Below, one piece after another: positions 56,931 through 64,000 of a stretch of DNA of 64,000 bases. Source of the stretch: Podarcis muralis (Eukaryota); NCBI RefSeq assembly GCF_964188315.1, contig NC_135672.1, forward strand, positions 10,106,001-10,170,000, in the 5' to 3' direction. The notes under the pieces are model-generated. The model ran no database searches. It had not been told where the DNA came from and worked only from the letters and a program-made list of their open reading frames with translations. The translations under genes were made by a program, and so were the position numbers. Position 1 is the first letter of the stretch. Each line of letters begins with the position of its first letter.

Positions 56931-59275
56931 AGAGGAGACCCGCTTTAAAGTAGAAGGAAGTGGCTGGGTTGGGTCCTTTGGCCTCCAAGAGGGTCTACTG
57001 TGAAGCAGGGCGAGTTTTACTCCAGAGGAGACCCACTGAAAGTAGAAGGAAGTGGCTGGGTTGGGTCCTTTGGCCTCCCAGAGGGTCTGCTTTGAGGCAG
57101 GGCGGGTTTTACTCCAGAGGAGACCCACTGAAAGTAGAAGGAAGTGGCTGATTTGGGTCCTTTGGCCTCCAAAGGGTCTATTCTGAGGCAGGGCGAGTTT
57201 TACTCCAGAGGAGACCCACTTTAAAGTAGAAGGAAGTGGCTGGGTTGGGTCCTTTGGCCTCCAAGAGGGTCTACTGTGAAGCAGGGCGAGTTTTACTCCA
57301 GAGGAGACCCACTGAAAGGAAAAAGATATGGCGGATTTGGGTCCTTTGGCCTCCAAAGGGTCTATTCTGAGGCAGGGCGAGTTTTACTCCAGAGGAGACC
57401 CACTGAAAGTAGAAGGAAGTGGCTGGGTTGGGTCCTTTGGCCTCCAAGTGGGTCTACTCTAAAGCAGGGCGAGTGTTAATCCTGCTCTAGAGGAAACCCA
57501 CTTTAAACTAAAAGGACATGGCTGATTTGGGTCCTTTGGCTTCCAAGAGGGTCTGCTTTGAGGCAGGGCGAGTTTTACTCCAGAGGAGACCCACTGAAAG
57601 TAGAAGGATGTGGCTGATTTGGGTCCATTGGCCGCCAAGAGGGTCTACTGTGAAGCAGGGCAAGTTTTACTCCAGAGGAGACCCACTTAAAGTAGAAGGA
57701 AGTGGCTGGGTTGGGTCCTTTGGCCTCCCAGAGGGTCTGCTTTGAGGCAGGGCGGGTTTTACTCCAGAGGAGACCCACTGAAAGTAGAAGGAAGTGGCTG
57801 ATTTGGGTCCTTTGGCCTCCAAAGGGTCTATTCTGAGGCAGGGCGAGTTTTACTCCAGAGGAGACCCACTTTAAAGTAGAAGGAAGTGGCTGGGTTGGGT
57901 CCTTTGGCCTCCAAGAGGGTCTACTGTGAAGCAGGGCGAGTTTTACTCCAGAGGAGACCCACTGAAAGGAAAAAGATATGGCGGATTTGGGTCCTTTGGC
58001 CTCCAAAGGGTCTATTCTGAGGCAGGGCGAGTTTTACTCCAGAGGAGACCCACTGAAAGTAGAAGGAAGTGGCTGGGTTGGGTCCTTTGGCCTCCAAGTG
58101 GGTCTACTCTAAAGCAGGGCGAGTGTTAATCCTGCTCTAGAGGAAACCCACTTTAAACTAAAAGGACATGGCTGATTTGGGTCCTTTGGCTTCCAAGAGG
58201 GTCTGCTTTGAGGCAGGGCGAGTTTTACTCCAGAGGAGACCCACTGAAAGTAGAAGGATGTGGCTGATTTGGGTCCATTGGCCGCCAAGAGGGTCTACTG
58301 TGAAGCAGGGCAAGTTTTACTCCAGAGGAGACCCACTTAAAGTAGAAGGAAGTGGCTGGTTTGGGTCCTTTGGCCTCCAGGAGGGTCTGCTTTGAGGCAG
58401 GGCGAGTTTTACTCCAGAGGAGACCCACTGAAAGTAGAAGGAAGTGGCTGATTTGGGTCCTTTGGCCTCTAAAGGGTCTATTCTGAGGCAGGGCGAGTTT
58501 TACACCAGAGGAGACCCACTTAAAGTAGAAGGAAGTGGCTGGGTTGGGTCCTTTGGCCTCCAGGAGGGTCTGCTTTGAGGCAGGGTGAGTTTTACTCCAG
58601 AGGAGACCCACTTAAAGTAGAAGGAAGTGGCTGGGTTGGGTCCTTTGGCCTCCAAGAGGGTCTACTGTGAAGCAGGGCGAGTTTTACTCCAGAGGAGACC
58701 CACTGAAAGTAGAAGGAAGTGGCTGGGTTGGGTCCTTTGGCCTCCAAGAGGGTCTACTGTGAAGCAGGGCGAGTTTTACTCCAGAGGAGACCCACTGAAT
58801 GTAGAAGGAAGTGGCTGGGTTGGGTCCTTTGGCCTCCAAGTGGGTCTACTGTGAAGCAGGGCGAGTTTTACTCCAGAGGAGACCCACTTAAAGTAGAAGG
58901 AAGTGGCTGGTTTGGGTCCTTTGGCCTCCAGGAGGGTCTGCTTTGAGGCAGGGCGAGTTTTACTCCAGAGGAGACCCACTTAAAGTAGAAGGATGTGGCT
59001 GGTTTGGGTCCTTTGGCCGCCAAGAGTGTCTACTTTGAGGCAGGGCGAGTTTTACTCCAGAGGAGACCCACTGAAAGTAGAAGGAAGTGGCTGGGTTGGG
59101 TCCTTTGGCCTCCAAGAGGGTCTACTGTGAAGCAGGGCGAGTTTTACTCCAGAGGAGACCCACTGAAAGTAGAAGGAAGTGGCTGGGTTGGGTCCTTTGG
59201 CCTCCAAGAGGGTCTACTGTGAAGCAGGGCGAGTTTTACTCCAGAGGAGACCTACTGAAAAGAAAAGGATATGGC
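56924..59275. repeat. 92-bp tandem satellite, about 25-26 copies, in CDC34 intron 1
   Basis: Unit TTTTACTCCAGAGGAGACCCACTGAAAGTAGAAGGAAGTGGCTGGGTTGGGTCCTTTGGCCTCCAAGAGGGTCTACTGTGAAGCAGGGCGAG. ORF-track offsets of 92 and 650 confirm the periods. Confidence 0.97.
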
Positions 59276-60396
59276 CGGCATGTGTGCCTTGATTTCAGTG
59301 GTTCCACGATGGAGCAGGATGATTTGTAACCCTACTCCAAAGTAATAAATGGGCATGACTTGGTGGGCTACTCTGGAGTATTAAGTTTTGCCTTCATGTT
59401 CCCATTGCAGTTGTGGCTAAATTGGGACCACTGTCCTCAACTGAGTCTGCCCTAAAGCGGGGCGGGTTTTAGCCAGTGTTAGTCCTACACCAGAGGAGAC
59501 CCATTGAAGGTAAAAGGACGTGGTTGCCTTGGGGCCCATGGACTTCAGCTAGTCTGCTGTGACGGAGAAGTCCTACCCAGTGTTAGTTCTACCCAAGACC
59601 CCTTGAAATTAAACAACAAGGGTGACTTGGGTCCACTGACTTCAGTGGGCCTACTTTGGAGTAAGACAATATGTACCCAGAGTGGAGCCATTGTGGTTAA
59701 TGGACGTTGCTGGAGTTTAGACAAGTTTCTGGACACAGGACACACCTTTTTACGCTGTGTTTTCAGGATCCACCCCCATTCCCGTGACTGTGATTCTACT
59801 CTGAAGTAGGACCCGGACAGATACGACGCTTTGCCTTGAAATAGGGGCAAGAGGGAATCATTTCTATCCTTGTAACAAGAGAATAAACTTCTTTTCCTGT
59901 CTCTCCCCTCCTCCGTTTAAAACGAAGGCAGTAAATCGCTTAAGGCGGTATCCAACCTACATTATACTAAGCCCTTTGAAAGCAATGGTGTTAAAATTAT
60001 CTCTAACCTAAGAGTTGTAGCCAGTGTTAGTCATGTTCAGAGCGGAGTGCCATGGAAATCAAAATTATGAGCAACAGAAGAATGGCGTGAGTTAGCAGAG
60101 CTAATGTCCCATCTAATTTAAGCATCCTGTTTTTACAATGAGCAACCAGGTGCCCGTTTTGGGAAAACCACAAACACAACAGCAACACTTGCAGTTCCCG
60201 ACACCCGGCGTTCAGAACCATATTGCCTCAACTGCAGAAGTAGAGCATAGCCATGAGGCATTGTAATCCTCTATGAATTTGTCCAGTCCTCTTTTAAAAC
60301 CCTCTGAGTCTGTGGCCACCACTGTCTTCCGCAGGAGCGAGTTCCATGGGTTTACTCTCTGGTGGGTGAATAAGTCCTACTTATAAGTAAGTAGGA

Positions 60397-60748
60397 GGGG
60401 ACACGGGTGGCGCTGTGGGTTAAACCACAGAGCCTAGGACTTGCTGATCAGAAGGTCGGCGGTTCGAATCCCCGCGACGGGGTGAGCTCCCATTGTACGA
60501 TCCCAGCTCCTGCCAACCTAGCAATTCAAAAGCACGTCATGTGCAAGTAGATAAATAGGTACCGCTCAGGCAGGAAGGTAAACGGCGTTTCCGTGCGCTG
60601 CTCTGGTTCGCCAGAAGCGACTTAGTCCTGCTGGTTACATGACCCGGAAGCGGTATGCCGGCTCCCTCAGCCAGTAAAGCGAGATGAGCGCCGCAACCCC
60701 AGAGTCGGCCACGACTGAACCTAATGGTCAGGGGTCCCTTTACCTTTA
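60397..60748 (+). mobile_element. Sauria SINE
   Basis: Consensus match; TSD-like ATAAGTAAGTAGG. Confidence 0.9.
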
Positions 60749-61583
60749 TAAGTAAGTAGGCGTTCTAAAATGTTTTTTCCCCTCCTTGCCTACTGCCAAA
60801 AACCTAGGATGGACTTATACAAGAAAGATAAAATTTATACCCTCCTGAGTTTACGTTTTCATAATAAAGGTTTGGCTCGATGTAAGTGTACAGAGTTTTG
60901 AAGATCCGAATATTGCAGATAAGATCTGAACATGACTGTATTCATGACTGATGAGCTTTCCATTGCTGCTGTTAATAATTTTATACTATCCTTTTGATCC
61001 TTTATAAATGAAGCCAAAATGTGGGCAACTATATCTGTTGCCCTGTTCAAGTTTTTAATGTGTGACGTTTTAATGTATTTTTAATCTTTGTTGGAAGCTG
61101 CCCAGAGTGGCTGGGGAGGCCCAGCCAGATGGGTGGGGTACAAATAATAAATTATTATTATTATTATTACTTTTTGTCTGTCCTGAATCTTCCAACTGTT
61201 CAGTTTCGTTGGAGTTTTAGCATTAGGAGGAGGGGGGAAAATATCTGTCTACTTCCTCCATTCCATGCAAAATTTTTTACAATCTTGAGTCATCTCTCGT
61301 CTTGCTCACCTTCTTCCTAAACTTGAAAAGTAAATAAATCAGGTGTTGTAACCTTTCCTTATTAAACTTTACAAGTGAAGCTCTGAATAAATTCTAAACT
61401 TAGGCTTTTGTCCAACGAGACTACACTTGGAGGAGACCATTTGAAAATAATTGGCCGAAGTTAATTGGGTCCGCTTGGGGTAGGACTTAATAGGATGGCA
61501 ATTTTAAGGATATAGTCATACTGTTGAGTAGAACCATTAAACTTAATGAATAGGGCCAGGTCATTCTCAAGGTAGACCTGGAA

Positions 61584-61950
61584 TCATAGAGTTGGAAGAG
61601 ACCACAAGGGCCATCGAGTCCAACCCCCTGCCAAGCAGGAAACACCATCAGAGCACTCCTGACATATGGTTGTCAAGCCTCTGCTTAAAGACCTCCAAAG
61701 AAGGAGACTCCACCACACTCCTTGGCAGCAAATTCCACTGTCGAACAGCTCAGAAGTTCTTCCTAATGTTTAGGTGGAATCTTCTTTCTTGTAGTTTGGA
61801 TCCATTGCTCCGTGTCCGCTTCTCTGGAGCAGCAGAAAACAACCTTTCTCCCTCCTCTATGTGACATCCTTTTATATATTTGAACATGGCTATCATATCA
61901 CCCCTTAACCTCCTCTTCTCCAGGCTAAACATGCCCAGCTCCCTTAGCCG
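61584..61950 (-). mobile_element. CR1 3' fragment
   Basis: [19 protein letters not shown]; near-identical to the 40338 copy. Confidence 0.92.
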
Positions 61951-62191
61951 CCGGAGTTGCCGCCGGGCTCGCAAGGCTTGCGGGCAGCAGCCTGCAGCAC
62001 GGGGCGCCCTCCGGAGGCTCGCAAGGCTTGCGGGTAGCAGCCTGTTCTAGAGTCGGGGGAAGCTCGGGCTTCCCCAGCCCCATGGCTGGGGGGGAAATAA
62101 ATTTTTTTTAATTGATTTCCCCCCCCCCCCCCAAAAAAAAAAACGAGGTGCGCCCTATGGGCCAGTGTACCCTATAGGGCGAAAAATACAG
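61950..62191. mobile_element. Tc2-like MITE, partial
   Basis: Right end GGGCGAAAAATACAG|TA; interior similar to 53950-54215. Confidence 0.75.
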
Positions 62192-62829
62192 TAATTTCTT
62201 CCTGGTGTTTAGTCGGAATCTCCTTTCCCAGCAAGCGACATTCAGAAACGAGCTTCTTCCTGGGACACTGAACTAGGTGTCGGCATAGCTAAATAGGAGT
62301 GGCGGTTATCCCCATAAATGAATAGGCACGTAAATAATCCAAACAGGAAGCACGTGAGTACAGAGTTGATTGCATAAATAGGAGATATATTTTTTGCACA
62401 TGATTAAAACATCTAGGCTGTTTCCCCACCCTGTGAGCCTTCCAGGCAGTGTACGAAAAGATTCATTAAAAATAAACAAACATTAACCCTCACCGTTAAA
62501 AACAACGAAGGCGCAGGATCGGTTTTATTTTATTTATTTATTTTGTTCTGTTTGCGATCAACTTCTCACGAACGACCTCAAAGCGATTTCGCAGTAAAAG
62601 CACTGACCTTTTATTTCTTTTTCTTTAAAACTGTATGTAAAAACGGTTAGGCAATTCCATTCATAAAATAATTTAAAAGGTTGCTGTCCGTCGAAGCGAT
62701 TTTGCACCTGATACGCAGAGTGGACAGGGGGGGAAGCAGACAACAGAGGCAGCAATCTCAGTAAAACAGAGCTAGTTGCTTAACCAGTATTGAAGGCCCA
62801 TTCAAATATAGAAGTAGAACGGTAAACAG

Positions 62830-63181
62830 TAAAGGTAAAGGGACCCCTGACCATTAGGTCCAGTCGTGGACGACTCTGGGGTTGTGGCGCTCATCTCGTT
62901 TTATTGGCAGAGGGAGCTGGCATACAGCTTCCGTGTCATGTGGCCAGCAGGACTAAGCCGCTTCTGGCGAACCAGAGCAGCGCACAGAAACGCCGTTTAC
63001 CTTCCCGCTGGAGCGGTACCTATTTATCTACTTGCACTTCGACGTGCTTTCGAACTGCTAGTTTGGCAGGAGCAGGGACCGAGCAACGGGAGCTCACCCC
63101 GTCACGGGGATTCGAACCACCAACCTTCTGATCGTCAAGTCCTAGGCTCTGTGGTTTGACCCACAGCGCCACCCGCGTCCA
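62830..63181 (-). mobile_element. Sauria SINE
   Basis: Consensus match. Confidence 0.9.
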
Positions 63182-63754
63182 AAGGTAAATATAGAAATGT
63201 CTAAATATGAACAGTGTTGTAAATAGCCACACGCTGTGAAGTGAATATCCAGATGGGAAATATATTAAGTGTAGGAACTATAAAGTGTGCCAGTATAGAG
63301 GTAAACAGACTTTGGGGCTGCCAATCCATGGGCATGGATCCCTGCCAAGTATGTCTCTGTGAATTCCTGTTCTAAGTATTTCAAACTCTAATAATAAGCA
63401 GTCCCTTGGGTACTCAAGGATGTGTTGCGAAGCCTGGTTTTCTCGCCTTCCAAGGTGACCTAAATAATAGGTATATAACAGGAAGTACCCCATGGCAATG
63501 CCAAAAATGGAGATCCGTTTCACGGTTCCTGAAGAGTCATTGCTTTTTGTTAGTGTCCCAACATGATTCATCCCCTAAAGGCCTTACTCAGTGGCCTTTT
63601 CTACAGGAAAAAAAAAGAGAAGACAAGAATTAATAAACACTGCTTAGAACTCGTTTTAGAAACGATCTGCAAAGCCACAAATAAAACCCTGATTTTCTCC
63701 ATTCCCTCATCAACGTCTTTCGCATAAAAACTTACTAGAAAACTCCTACCAAGG

Positions 63755-63928
63755 AAGGTAAATGGCGTTTCCGTGCGCTGCTCTGGTTTGCCAGAAGCGG
63801 CTTAGTCCTGCTGCCCACATGACCTGGAAGCTGTATGCTGGCACCCTCAGCCAGTAAAGCGAGATGAGCGCCGCAACCCCAGAGTCGGCCACGACTGGAC
63901 CTAATGGTCAGGGGTCCCTTTACCTTTA
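63755..63928 (+). mobile_element. Sauria SINE, 3' half
   Basis: Consensus match. Confidence 0.85.
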
Positions 63929-64000
63929 ATTCACCCCTTGCCGAAAACTGGGCAGAGGCTTGTTTTTTCCTTCTTCCTGGGTGTACGTTTAGTAGGTCAT

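Noticed and set aside
56246-57003. Long GC-rich ORFs around the CDC34 start, including the upstream ATG at 56392
   Set aside because: The conserved CDC34 N-terminus starts at 56686; the rest is CpG-island open frame plus intron read-through.
56924-59275. Regular repeat array that might suggest CRISPR
   Set aside because: Eukaryotic intron, head-to-tail units without unique spacers, no cas genes. The same applies to the 38-bp array.
56853-59329. Many repeated 63-167 aa ORFs (MAGLGPLASK..., MEAKGPK...)
   Set aside because: By-products of the 92-bp unit shifting frame each copy; no coding signature.
11033-60748. tRNA-like A/B boxes in SINE heads as real tRNA genes
   Set aside because: They continue into SINE bodies and lack cloverleaf acceptor stems.
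3634-63159. Recurrent ORFs such as MAEGAGVQLPGHVASRTKPLL
   Set aside because: Antisense translation of Sauria SINE copies.
59300-64000. Search for CDC34 exon 2 (ARLKFPIDYPYSPP...)
   Set aside because: No matching frame found; it presumably lies beyond the window. The ORFs at 60859 and 63278 show no recognisable homology.

Overview
Eukaryotic (not prokaryotic) genomic DNA from a squamate reptile, most likely a lacertid lizard. This is inferred from about 25 Sauria/POM-type SINE copies plus Bov-B, L2, CR1 and L1 fragments and many MITEs. Gene order matches the block at human 19p13.3: SHC2 (-, exons 1-2; the rest lies left of the window), CIMAP1D/ODF3L2 (-, 4 coding exons, 253 aa), MADCAM1 (+, 5 exons, 484 aa), TPGS1 (+, 2 exons, 294 aa) and CDC34 (+, exon 1 only). 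All exons were assembled by hand from GT-AG junctions with consistent phases. One extra gene, an intact 7-finger C2H2 zinc-finger ORF with no KRAB/SCAN domain in its coding exon, sits between MADCAM1 and TPGS1, head-to-head with TPGS1. The best non-routine observations are: (1) that ZNF gene and its shared YY1/ZNF143-motif promoter with a triplicated start-codon cassette; (2) a ~2.35 kb 92-bp satellite with a 650-bp higher-order repeat in CDC34 intron 1, apparently amplified from a dispersed quasi-palindromic element; (3) a 290-bp bipartite (5'+3') Bov-B derivative with target-site duplications (TSDs), inserted in a long hairpin; (4) a solo LTR with a 38-bp array nested in a Sauria SINE; (5) an LDI rather than LDT integrin motif and a retained third Ig domain in MAdCAM-1. 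None of these is proven novel without database searches. Most ORFs in the supplied track are repeat or antisense artefacts. Repeat boundaries are read by eye and are approximate unless a TSD is quoted.
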